Source: a virus
Lineage: Duplodnaviria; Caudoviricetes
Direction: 5' to 3' (one strand)
DNA: 48,582 nucleotides
Virus record (IMG/VR): IMGVR_UViG_3300025103_000030
Location: 1 to 48,582 of that record
Within the stretch, counting starts at the first letter, position 1. Each line of letters begins with the position of its first letter. The notes beneath the pieces are model-generated. The model saw only the letters and a list, made by a program, of their open reading frames with translations. It did no database searches and was not told the DNA's origin. This document shows positions 1-7,702 of the stretch, in pieces. The position numbers and the translations under genes are program-made.

Positions 1-1
1 T

Positions 2-166
2 GACAACGACTCTCCCGGCCCTCCTATCTTGGTCATCTCTGAGGACTGGGTTATGGCAGACCTGAAGAAGCAACTGGATTGTTGGCTCACATGGTCATAC
101 GTAGCCAAGAATGTCGTTGATCCAAAAGAGGATCAGATGCCTGAGTCATACGGAGGTAGCAAGTAA
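2..166 (+). CDS. Partial (5'-truncated) hypothetical early protein
   Basis: Open frame from the window edge (DNDSPGPP...GGSK) ending TAA at 164-166, overlapping the next ATG (TAATG). Confidence 0.6.
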   Translation, partial: DNDSPGPPILVISEDWVMADLKKQLDCWLTWSYVAKNVVDPKEDQMPESYGGSK

Positions 167-405
167 TGCCTGATCCTCTCTCACCTGTCAGTTGGGACAT
201 TGAAGGACATGGCACTGTCTATGTAGATGACATGTTCTTTGATGATTCCTATATGATTTACCTTGCTCTTGATTCAATTACATTGGAACCTATATCTCCT
301 GATGATATGGAGACTGAGTTAGAACCTGTGTTCTGGTTGTCTAGCAAGGACTCGGATGTAACAATGGAGTTAACTGAGAGTGAGTTAATACCCTACTTAA
401 AGTAA
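166..405 (+). CDS. Acidic hypothetical early protein
   Basis: 79-aa ORF, GGAGG RBS upstream, stop/start overlap with previous ORF. Confidence 0.75.
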   Translation: MPDPLSPVSWDIEGHGTVYVDDMFFDDSYMIYLALDSITLEPISPDDMETELEPVFWLSSKDSDVTMELTESELIPYLK

Positions 406-416
406 CGGAGGTTACT

Positions 417-611
417 ATGTCATATGTACATATGAACGAAGAAAAGCAGTACTTGCTCATGCAAAAGATCGTAGACTACATCGCTATCCATGCCTATGAT
501 ATCAACCCAGAGGTGGGCGATGAAGGGTACGACAAACTCTATGATGATTTGTCAGGGCCTATACGCTCTGCTCTTGAGCATGAGTTTGGTAGCAAACAAT
601 TCAACGGTTAG
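417..611 (+). CDS. Hypothetical early protein
   Basis: 64-aa ORF with ACGGAGG RBS. Confidence 0.75.
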   Translation: MSYVHMNEEKQYLLMQKIVDYIAIHAYDINPEVGDEGYDKLYDDLSGPIRSALEHEFGSKQFNG

Positions 612-618
612 TTTCTAT

Positions 619-645
619 AGCCTGAGTATGCTTCTGAACTGCTCA
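619..645 (+). other. Candidate H-type RNA pseudoknot upstream of an RBS
   Basis: AGC(619-621)/GCT(630-632) and TGAGTA(623-628)/TGCTCA(640-645) give interleaved pairings in a short intergenic gap. Confidence 0.35.
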
Positions 646-664
646 ACTTTAAACGGAGAAAGAA

Positions 665-1051
665 ATGGATAACAATATCCTTAGTGTTTTAATTGCTGTG
701 TTCAAGTTCATCGAAGCCAACGAGATCAAGACTGTTGCTGACCTTGAAGGTAAGATGTTGTCATCAGGTACTACTGATGATGAGTCAGTTCTTAAGTGGA
801 ACTACTGCATCAGTGCTGAATCTCTTAGTCGTTACCTCAAGGATAACGAGATTGAGACTCAAGATGATTGGGATGAACACACTGATGAGGTCAGCAAGAC
901 TCTGATGTGCGATGACATTGATGACTTTGCAGATGTTCGCAGTAAGTTGGATCAGAGACAGGAGTACAAAGAACTCCTCGACTCTATCTATCACAGTGCC
1001 GATGAACTGATGTCAACTGCTGAAGGAATCAGAAGCGAGGCAGACATCTAA
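665..1051 (+). CDS. Highly acidic hypothetical protein (possible DNA mimic)
   Basis: 128 aa, about a quarter Asp/Glu; ACGGAG RBS. Confidence 0.75.
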   Translation: MDNNILSVLIAVFKFIEANEIKTVADLEGKMLSSGTTDDESVLKWNYCISAESLSRYLKDNEIETQDDWDEHTDEVSKTLMCDDIDDFADVRSKLDQRQEYKELLDSIYHSADELMSTAEGIRSEADI

Positions 1052-1080
1052 CATGTTAATTAATAACAACGGAGATTCAT

Positions 1081-1749
1081 ATGCAAACAAAACAACAGGT
1101 AGTTAATGCACTCAATGAGATCACAGGTGGTCTATCACAGACTACCAAGATGCCTGAGAGTTCCTTCTCTATACCTGCCAAGCATTGCAAGGTAGGTAGC
1201 AAACTGAGGGAAGTCGAAGGCTCTGTGTGTAACAAGTGCTATGCCATGAAAGGCAACTACAATTATCCCAATGTCAAGAACTCCCAACAGAAACGATACG
1301 ACAAACTGTATCATCCTCTGTGGGTTACGGCCATGACCATGCTTATCTATATCAAGGTCAAGCACAGGTTCAGGTGGTTCGACAGCGGTGACCTTGACAG
1401 TGTGCAACATCTGCGGAATATCATTGAAGTATGTAATGATACTCCGCACATACAGCACTGGCTCGTTACCAAGGAGAAGCGCACGGTGCGTAAGTTCCTT
1501 GACGAGGGTGGTATAGTTCCAGATAACCTAGTAATCCAGATGTCTGGTTACATGGTTGATGGAGACATAGTGAAGGGGTTCGATGACTGTAAGCAGATCA
1601 CCCATCACTTAGTTCATTCCGACAGAGACAAGGCGCTTGGTTATATATGCCCTGTTGAAGACGGTAAGGGGTCCTCATCATGCGAGGAGTCAAACTGTTT
1701 CGCATGTTGGGATCGTGATGTTAACGTTGTAACAAGTGGGCTACACTAG
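1081..1749 (+). CDS. Phage gp88-like Cys-rich (radical-SAM-like Fe-S) protein
   Basis: C-x12-CxxCYA motif, FRWFDSGD, HWLxTKE, C-terminal CP...C...C..CW typical of the gene-product-88 family. Confidence 0.75.
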   Translation: MQTKQQVVNALNEITGGLSQTTKMPESSFSIPAKHCKVGSKLREVEGSVCNKCYAMKGNYNYPNVKNSQQKRYDKLYHPLWVTAMTMLIYIKVKHRFRWFDSGDLDSVQHLRNIIEVCNDTPHIQHWLVTKEKRTVRKFLDEGGIVPDNLVIQMSGYMVDGDIVKGFDDCKQITHHLVHSDRDKALGYICPVEDGKGSSSCEESNCFACWDRDVNVVTSGLH

Positions 1750-1762
1750 GAGTAACCAATGA

Positions 1763-2026
1763 ATGAACCATAAGAGAATAAGACCGCGTGTTAACTACCC
1801 GATTATGCGTAAGGGTGGTAAGCACATAGTCTCACGCAAATCCATCCGCAAGGATGGGAAGAACGAAACTGAAACAGAAAAACAGGAGTATCTAATTGAA
1901 AGGAAAGAAGATAAGTCTCAAATGCAACCGAACCGGAAAGGTTATGTCTGGCAAGGTGATTGCATACAGAAAGATGAACCTTCCCAAAGAATCTCAGGGA
2001 CTATACCTAGAGTTAGCCCAAGATAA
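1763..2026 (+). CDS. Basic hypothetical protein
   Basis: 87-aa ORF with AGGAG upstream; 3' half overlaps the next ORF in another frame. Confidence 0.5.
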   Translation: MNHKRIRPRVNYPIMRKGGKHIVSRKSIRKDGKNETETEKQEYLIERKEDKSQMQPNRKGYVWQGDCIQKDEPSQRISGTIPRVSPR

Positions 2027-2066
2027 ATGGCGATGGTTCAACCTTACTGAATGGAGTCAGTTATGA
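1896..2066 (+). CDS. Small hypothetical protein (56 aa, TTG start; not in ORF track)
   Basis: AGGAG RBS, TTG start, (M)KGKKISLKCNRTGK...WSQL, stop overlaps next start (ATGA at 2063-2066). Confidence 0.55.
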   Translation: MKGKKISLKCNRTGKVMSGKVIAYRKMNLPKESQGLYLELAQDKWRWFNLTEWSQL

Positions 2067-2515
2067 AAGACTCGCAACGTTCCCGCGTGTACGCTTGGGA
2101 AAGGAAGTTCTATTCGATGAAGCGAAACAAAGACTTCACTACATTGACTAGCATACAACATTTCCTAGACGATGTGATGGACGACATAGGCCTTGATGCA
2201 AAGATCAATGTCGTTTCAAGCCGCAAGTTAAATAGTAACTGGGCTTGGGCACATACTGACAAAGGCAAGATCGTTCTCCCCGGTGGTTGGGCGAGGACAA
2301 TGGGGCCTGCGTTACATGAGTTATCACATCATGTCGTTCATCTAAACATGGAGAAGCCAAACAAGATTGATCTTGCATGGCATGGCCCAGAGTTTGTGTC
2401 AGTGTTTACTGCACTGATGCATACTTACATGGGCAACTCACTCGATGTGATGATAAAGCACATGCACAAGCACAAGGTTAAGCACGATGCAGATATCTTG
2501 GAGGACTACCTATGA
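2063..2515 (+). CDS. SprT-like zinc metallopeptidase-domain protein
   Basis: HELSHH (HExxH) followed by HGPEF; start chosen from the ATGA overlap. Confidence 0.7.
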   Translation: MKDSQRSRVYAWERKFYSMKRNKDFTTLTSIQHFLDDVMDDIGLDAKINVVSSRKLNSNWAWAHTDKGKIVLPGGWARTMGPALHELSHHVVHLNMEKPNKIDLAWHGPEFVSVFTALMHTYMGNSLDVMIKHMHKHKVKHDADILEDYL

Positions 2516-2676
2516 TTGATGCCTACCAAGCCATGTCTGACGTAGATAAGTTAGACTACGTTGCTGACCTTGAGTACATCGTAGCAGAGAAACTCGGCGT
2601 TGATGTCGAGGACTTAGAGAGATGTCCTAAGTCTGTATACGATGCGCTACTTAGATACTTCGATTCACAGATGTAA
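2512..2676 (+). CDS. Small acidic hypothetical protein (54 aa; not in ORF track)
   Basis: GGAGG RBS, ATGA overlap, MIDAYQAMSDVDKLDY...FDSQM, ends just before the terminator. Confidence 0.7.
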   Translation: MIDAYQAMSDVDKLDYVADLEYIVAEKLGVDVEDLERCPKSVYDALLRYFDSQM

Positions 2677-2682
2677 CATTGA

Positions 2683-2707
2683 GGGGGGCTTCGGCCCCCC
2701 TTTTTTT
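2683..2707 (+). terminator. Rho-independent terminator of the early + strand operon
   Basis: GGGGGGC-TTCG-GCCCCCC followed by T7. Confidence 0.9.
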
Positions 2708-2731
2708 GTCTATATACTTTCTTCCACCCAT

Positions 2732-2750
2732 ATTATACCACACGTGTCAA
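2732..2750 (-). promoter_or_regulatory. Extended -10 promoter (TGgTATAAT) with a TTGACA element only 7 bp upstream; candidate Q-dependent late promoter region
   Basis: Minus strand reads TTGACA-cgtgtgg-TATAAT, ~100 bp downstream of the Q-like gene. Confidence 0.45.
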
Positions 2751-2853
2751 CCCCCCCCTCTCAGGGTAAGGCCGGTGACGGTCAACATTCCCTACCCAGT
2801 ACCACCCTACCAGTCCACCAGAGATCGTTCAATACAGGCCATTACAGGGCCTC

Positions 2854-3378
2854 TCACAGCCTATTCCTGAAGGCATTGTGCAGTTCCCCCTCATATGAGG
2901 AAAGTATCCCTAACATATTTCTTTCCACAATATATTTGCAGTACCTGTTGTAGAACTTTATCGACACCTCCAAATCCTCCGCTATGTCCTTGCTCTTCTT
3001 GCTCCTCTTCCCTGTTCCCTTGCATGTGAAGCACACGATCTGCTTCATACCTGTACTCACCCACGATTTCCCATTGCATGTACCACACATGTGGTCTGAT
3101 ATGGCCTCACGTATAGCAATCAGTGCCAACTTCCACAACGCATCATCACTTAGAACCTTGGGCGCTCTCTTCCTCACACGCCTAGCCAATTCATGGGCCA
3201 CTATCCTCATGTTGCTCTCGTCATTGGCGTACTTAAGCCTGACAAAGTTAGATGCTTCCTTCGATATCCCTGCCAACACATAGCATATAACCTCAGACCT
3301 TACCCTTGGTCTTTGGTTTAGTTCTGTTGTTGGAGTCAGGGAGCATAAGTCCTCCGCTGATATCCTTGTACCCATCAA
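2854..3378 (-). CDS. Antitermination protein Q-like zinc-finger protein
   Basis: CxxCxG...CxxCxGxG zinc finger followed by an HTH-like segment; last gene of the replication operon as in lambdoid phages. Confidence 0.6.
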   Translation of the reverse strand: MMGTRISAEDLCSLTPTTELNQRPRVRSEVICYVLAGISKEASNFVRLKYANDESNMRIVAHELARRVRKRAPKVLSDDALWKLALIAIREAISDHMCGTCNGKSWVSTGMKQIVCFTCKGTGKRSKKSKDIAEDLEVSIKFYNRYCKYIVERNMLGILSSYEGELHNAFRNRL

Positions 3379-3697
3379 TCAATCCCCCTTTATTTATTAT
3401 TATTGTTATAAACCCGACAGCCACACCGCTCTTCACATCCTGCGTGGTGAATCTATACACAGTCCACCCATGCATAGCCGCCAAGTTGTACTTCTCTAGG
3501 TCACGACTGTACCCCACACCTCTGGTATGCCTACCTCCAGAGTACACCCCTCCCTCAATCTCAACCCCTAACATCAGGTTGATCCAAGCAAAGTCAAACC
3601 TGAACCTCCTCCGCTCCAGAAATTTATGCTCTCTCTCTGGAACAGGGAGGCTACAGGCCACACACTGATTAAGAAATACCTCCTCTCCCTCGCTCAA
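3293..3697 (-). CDS. PD-(D/E)XK endonuclease (DUF559/Vsr-like)
   Basis: RFRFDFAW, VEIEGG, GRHTRG, DLEKYN, GWTVYRFT motifs. Confidence 0.8.
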   Translation of the reverse strand: MSEGEEVFLNQCVACSLPVPEREHKFLERRRFRFDFAWINLMLGVEIEGGVYSGGRHTRGVGYSRDLEKYNLAAMHGWTVYRFTTQDVKSGVAVGFITIIINKGGLIDGYKDISGGLMLPDSNNRTKPKTKGKV

Positions 3698-3699
3698 AT

Positions 3700-5406
3700 T
3701 TATCTAGCCTCGTAGTAGTCCCCGACGATGGGGTTGTATCTAAGCGATGCCATTCCCATAGCACCGTCCTGTCTGAATCTCTGCTTCTGAATGTGTATGT
3801 CTACCAACTTGGAGTCAGGGTCTGACAGGTCACGGTATATCACAACCCCTGAGTCTGACTTGTTCCTCCAGTGTGCGGAGCCTGAGATATCCCACAGGCT
3901 AGGCACTGGGTAGCCTCCATCCTTGTCACGGTACATCTTGGCAGGGTGGGCTACGATCCACAGGTGTATGCCGTACCTTCTGGCGAACTGTCTCGCCCTC
4001 TTCAAGCACATGCCTATGTATTCTGTCTCAGAAAATCCACCTCTCCCACTCTCCAACTCATTCCAAGGGTCAATCACCAAGCCCCTAATACCATGCCTCC
4101 TGACCAATCCCCTCGCTGTCTCCAGTATCTTCTCAAGTGTCCACTCTGAGTCATCCTCTGGAAGTATCCAGTGGAAGTGTTCCTTCACCCAATCCTTGGC
4201 GTAGTTCAGTTCCTCCTTGGACATTCGCCTGTTGAATCCCTGCCTGAACGGAGCGCCTACGTACTTCTCCATGATGCGGGACATGTGATCCTCCAATGGC
4301 TGATTCTCCGGTGAGAAGATAGCGAACCTCCATCCATCCTTCTTGGCTATGTTCACCATCATCGAGTCAATCCAGTTGGACTTGCCACTACATGGTATGC
4401 CTGTCACAACAGAGAAACATCCCGGCCTCACTAGGTAGTGCTTGTCCAGACACGGCCAACCTGTAGAGATTCCCTTCTCAAGTCCGTTGTCATACAACTC
4501 ACCCAACTTATCAGACAGGTCACTGGCTGTGAACGTACCCGCTATGGGGTATGGCTCCGCATGTTCAATGCACTCAGCCAACACCTTCTTGCCATGCTTT
4601 ACCAGTACATCGTTAGCATCCTTGCAATCTTCAGGCCATGTCACCCTACTGCACACCTCTTTGCCAAGCCTACGTGCCAGTTCCTCTTGTAATCTCTGGC
4701 CGGGGGCATCGTTGTCCACCGCTATGATGTACGTCCTGCCCTTCTCCACTCCGTTGATGCGTGGTTCGTTGAGGAACTCAAACTTAGATGAGTAGTTCTT
4801 TGACTCAACGGATGGCGCACCATCAGGTACGCTGACACACTGCTTTATCCCTGCCTCATACAGAGATAGTTTATCCATCTCTCCCTCGACAAAGATAACA
4901 ACACCATCCTCATCTGAGATATCGTCAAGCCCATACAGTATGCGCTCTGCATTTACCTCGGACCTAAACTCCTTGGAGCCTGACCTATACTTAACGTTAA
5001 CCAGATCACCGTTACGGTAGTAGGGAAACGTGAGGGCCATCTTCTCTTCCTCAGACTGAGGCATGTACACCTTCTTCATTCCGATACCACAGTCGATGGC
5101 TGTCTCCTCCGATATACCTCTCAGGCCCAACCAATCCAATGTGGCCTCTGGCAGGTCGCTCTTGGGTATAGGCTCTGGCTTCCTGAACTCAGGCTTACGC
5201 CAGTGCAATCCAAGGCTGTCATCAGTACCCGACAACAGGCTACCACTCCAACCACAGTGATGGCACAACCAAATCTTCTCGTCTGTGTTGACAGATAAAC
5301 ACTTGGCTTTCTTCTTGCGTCTGTCCTTACTGCACTTGGGGCAGGTTGTCGCAACCTGTGTACCAGAGCCAGTAAAACTGATACCAAAATCTGAGTAATC
5401 TTTCAT
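3700..5406 (-). CDS. Bifunctional DNA primase-helicase (T7 gp4/Twinkle type)
   Basis: N-terminal CxxC...CHHC zinc ribbon, TOPRIM (VEGEMD, DND.PG, KDAND), SF4 helicase Walker A GIPCSGKS, Walker B VIDP, VAHP, SGS. Confidence 0.92.
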   Translation of the reverse strand: MKDYSDFGISFTGSGTQVATTCPKCSKDRRKKKAKCLSVNTDEKIWLCHHCGWSGSLLSGTDDSLGLHWRKPEFRKPEPIPKSDLPEATLDWLGLRGISEETAIDCGIGMKKVYMPQSEEEKMALTFPYYRNGDLVNVKYRSGSKEFRSEVNAERILYGLDDISDEDGVVIFVEGEMDKLSLYEAGIKQCVSVPDGAPSVESKNYSSKFEFLNEPRINGVEKGRTYIIAVDNDAPGQRLQEELARRLGKEVCSRVTWPEDCKDANDVLVKHGKKVLAECIEHAEPYPIAGTFTASDLSDKLGELYDNGLEKGISTGWPCLDKHYLVRPGCFSVVTGIPCSGKSNWIDSMMVNIAKKDGWRFAIFSPENQPLEDHMSRIMEKYVGAPFRQGFNRRMSKEELNYAKDWVKEHFHWILPEDDSEWTLEKILETARGLVRRHGIRGLVIDPWNELESGRGGFSETEYIGMCLKRARQFARRYGIHLWIVAHPAKMYRDKDGGYPVPSLWDISGSAHWRNKSDSGVVIYRDLSDPDSKLVDIHIQKQRFRQDGAMGMASLRYNPIVGDYYEAR

Positions 5407-5939
5407 GCTTGGAATCCTTTTCTTTTTGGCTTGTTGTTTCTAAGCACACCGTATATGTATTGCTTTGGATCGGCAGGCCTCTTGAGCAGTACAATACCTA
5501 TTGCCTTTGCTACCTCTTGTTCCCCATTGTTCTTTATTAATTGGCCCAATACCCCTCTGGACTTAGGCCCTGCCAACTGCTCCCAGACATCCCAGATATT
5601 GGTGCTTGCATTATGTATAGATTCTATTACAGATTCCGTGTCATCTGACTTGACAGGGGGTGTCATCTCATTTGACACGGTATGTATTCTATACATGTTA
5701 CTTGTCTGTCCCTTCTCCCCCTTCCTGTGTTCAAAAGATATGTGTCCTTTCTCACGTAACCTGTTGATAATTAAGTTAACATTCTGCCTTGACATACCCG
5801 CTCTATTAGCAAGGTATTTTTGAGAGGGCCAACATTCACCTGTCTCATCATTAGCATTGTCTGATAGAAGGATCAATATCATTTTCTCAGACGTTGTAAG
5901 GTCAAGGTCTAGCGCCTTAAGTATTCTTCTTAGGCTCAT
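5403..5939 (-). CDS. Phage replication initiator with N-terminal winged HTH (lambda O-like)
   Basis: SEKMILILLSD...CWPSQKYLA...MSRQNV...L.EKG.I...SN.Y HTH_36-like pattern; directly upstream of the helicase; internal iteron-like repeats. Confidence 0.8.
   Translation of the reverse strand: MSLRRILKALDLDLTTSEKMILILLSDNANDETGECWPSQKYLANRAGMSRQNVNLIINRLREKGHISFEHRKGEKGQTSNMYRIHTVSNEMTPPVKSDDTESVIESIHNASTNIWDVWEQLAGPKSRGVLGQLIKNNGEQEVAKAIGIVLLKRPADPKQYIYGVLRNNKPKRKGFQA
5639..5677. repeat. Two 17-bp palindromic iteron-like repeats TGTCA-N7-TGACA (candidate replication origin)
   Basis: TGTCATCTGACTTGACA (5639-5655) and TGTCATCTCATTTGACA (5661-5677), 22-bp period, inside the initiator gene. Confidence 0.65.
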
Positions 5940-5967
5940 AATTTATCCTAAAAAATTAAACGAACTG

Positions 5968-5996
5968 GTGACTATAACAAATTAACATGTTACAAT
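5968..5996 (+). promoter_or_regulatory. Sigma70-type promoter for the rightward operon
   Basis: GTGACT-17 bp-TACAAT with TG extended -10. Confidence 0.65.
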
Positions 5997-5999
5997 CAA
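5971..5999 (-). promoter_or_regulatory. Sigma70-type promoter for the leftward replication operon
   Basis: Minus strand TTGATT-17 bp-TATAGT with TG extended -10. Confidence 0.65.
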
Positions 6000-6002
6000 C
6001 AG

Positions 6003-6266
6003 ATGAAAAGTAGAAAGTACATGCAATGGGTGGCTGAACACCCATGTATTCATTGCGGCACTCACCCTGTACAGGTTCACCATCTTAGAAGCCAAGCACT
6101 AGGCGCAGGGATGGGTAGAAAAGTACCAGATTATTTTACAATACCAGTATGTCAGCCGTGTCATTCGGACTGCCATTCTATGGAGCATGACAAGGAGACA
6201 CAGTATAGATGGACATTACAGATGATAGGGAGAGCGATGGAGAGTGGCATACTAAAGATGTCCTAG
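6003..6266 (+). CDS. DUF968-like HNH/zinc-binding nuclease-family protein
   Basis: Y..WV...PCxxCG...HH...G.G.K..D...IPVCxxCHxxxH. Confidence 0.75.
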   Translation: MKSRKYMQWVAEHPCIHCGTHPVQVHHLRSQALGAGMGRKVPDYFTIPVCQPCHSDCHSMEHDKETQYRWTLQMIGRAMESGILKMS

Positions 6267-6418
6267 TTGCCATAGAGATTGAGCATGATGGCGAACCGGA
6301 TGATGAGATTATGAGAGCCATAATTTCCCAAGAGTTGGATCACAACATATACGTCAACAACAACGTTACATACAGAGTTCAAGTAAAGAACATAACCTTC
6401 ATGGATAAACTAAATTGA
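6209..6418 (+). CDS. Hypothetical protein
   Basis: 69-aa ORF filling the gap in the operon; start uncertain. Confidence 0.5.
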   Translation: MDITDDRESDGEWHTKDVLVAIEIEHDGEPDDEIMRAIISQELDHNIYVNNNVTYRVQVKNITFMDKLN

Positions 6419-6627
6419 TAGAAGACAGAGCGGTGGAGACACTAGAAAGAATCGACAAGGTTTTTGAGGATGACATATATCCCAAGTTGCTTTTCGTACA
6501 CACAGACATGGGGCCTTACAAAGAAATGTTAAGGGGCCTATTCATAGAGGGTGCAACTGTAGGAATGAAAGAACTATTCAAGGAGGTAAACCATGAAGAG
6601 GTACGTGATACGATCACAAGACATTAG
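6415..6627 (+). CDS. Hypothetical protein
   Basis: 70-aa ORF, TTGA overlap with the previous stop. Confidence 0.55.
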   Translation: MIEDRAVETLERIDKVFEDDIYPKLLFVHTDMGPYKEMLRGLFIEGATVGMKELFKEVNHEEVRDTITRH

Positions 6628-6973
6628 GGACAGATGCACCAGAGCAATACAGGACATAGACCTAGACGGAAAGAACCAAGAAGTCTTAATCAGGGAGCAT
6701 AAGAATAGTCGTAGCGTGGAGCAGAACAATCTATTCCATGCTATACTCAGGACCTTGGCAGAAAGCACAGGACACAGCGTAGAAGAGATCAAGGAGTACG
6801 TCAGTCAGGAGTATCTTGGTAGTGTAGAATACACAGGACTCGACGGCACACCTAGAACTAGAGTACGCAGTACTTCTGAACTTGATGTCGAGGAGATGTC
6901 TGGCTTGATCGAAAGGATCAAGCAACTAGCAAACCAACTCGATGTACGAATGGAGCATATTGAATATGGATGA
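6593..6973 (+). CDS. ninB: NinB/YbcN-like recombination accessory protein
   Basis: RSVEQN.LFHA motif and STSEL...EM..LIE.I C-terminus; AGGAGG RBS. Confidence 0.7.
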   Translation: MKRYVIRSQDIRDRCTRAIQDIDLDGKNQEVLIREHKNSRSVEQNNLFHAILRTLAESTGHSVEEIKEYVSQEYLGSVEYTGLDGTPRTRVRSTSELDVEEMSGLIERIKQLANQLDVRMEHIEYG

Positions 6974-7073
6974 CATGACTGAAGAAGAAATTCAGGAGAT
7001 GGAAGGTCAAGAGGAGTACGAGCAGACCGTAGCCCAATGGCAACAGTGGGAGGAAGAACATGGCAGTAACTAA
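6966..7073 (+). CDS. Very small acidic peptide (35 aa; not in ORF track)
   Basis: MDDMTEEEIQEMEGQEEYEQTVAQWQQWEEEHGSN; GGAG upstream; bridges two genes with overlaps. Confidence 0.5.
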   Translation: MDDMTEEEIQEMEGQEEYEQTVAQWQQWEEEHGSN

Positions 7074-7476
7074 GAGAGACTTTCTTAATGACCTAGTTAA
7101 AGAGAATGATCTAGTAGTTAAGGAAGATATCTTTACTCTTGAGAGGGGAGGTAAGAAGATACCCATCATCACAAGGACAGGTATCGAGAAGATACAGTAC
7201 TCCAACGATATCAAGGTATCGTTTGAACTGATGAGCGTACCTCCTCAAAAAGATTTTGCAGTTGTGAAAGCAGTTGCAACTAAGGGTGACACAACCATTG
7301 AAACCTTTGCCTCTGCTTTATTTGGCAAGGGAAGAGAGGGTAATGTCACAACGTTGTATGTTGTAGAGATGGCAGAGAAGAGGGCGTTGTCACGTGCTGT
7401 ACTCAAAATCTCTGGCGCATACAAGCATGGTGTTTATGGTCAAGACGAGTCGGAGGACTTCAAACAAAATGACTAA
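7060..7476 (+). CDS. Putative single-strand annealing protein (Rad52/Sak-like)
   Basis: EMAEKRALSRAVL...G...VY..DE motif; context with exonuclease and SSB. Confidence 0.45.
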   Translation: MAVTKRDFLNDLVKENDLVVKEDIFTLERGGKKIPIITRTGIEKIQYSNDIKVSFELMSVPPQKDFAVVKAVATKGDTTIETFASALFGKGREGNVTTLYVVEMAEKRALSRAVLKISGAYKHGVYGQDESEDFKQND

Positions 7477-7702
7477 GAAGAAAGTAGCAAAGAAACCTGC
7501 TAAGAGAATAGCAAAACAGATCACTGACGAGCAAAAAGAATTGCTTCTAAAACTTATCAACAGTTCAAGTGAAGTGCTTAGAGATGTTTTAGAAGTAGGG
7601 TCAGCGATGGCTAATGACTGTCTGGAAACTCAAACTGCTATACATAATCTGGCAAAAGAGTTTAACTTCAAACAAGAACACTATTGGAGTCCATACAAAT
7701 GA
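7469..7702 (+). CDS. Hypothetical protein with Lys-rich N-terminus
   Basis: GGAGG RBS before ATG 7469; ATGA overlap with the exonuclease. Confidence 0.65.
   Translation: MTKKKVAKKPAKRIAKQITDEQKELLLKLINSSSEVLRDVLEVGSAMANDCLETQTAIHNLAKEFNFKQEHYWSPYK

Noticed and set aside
2642-2953. ORFs 2642-2953 and 2679-2870 on the + strand
   Set aside because: They run through the terminator and regulatory region, lack an RBS and have low-complexity translations
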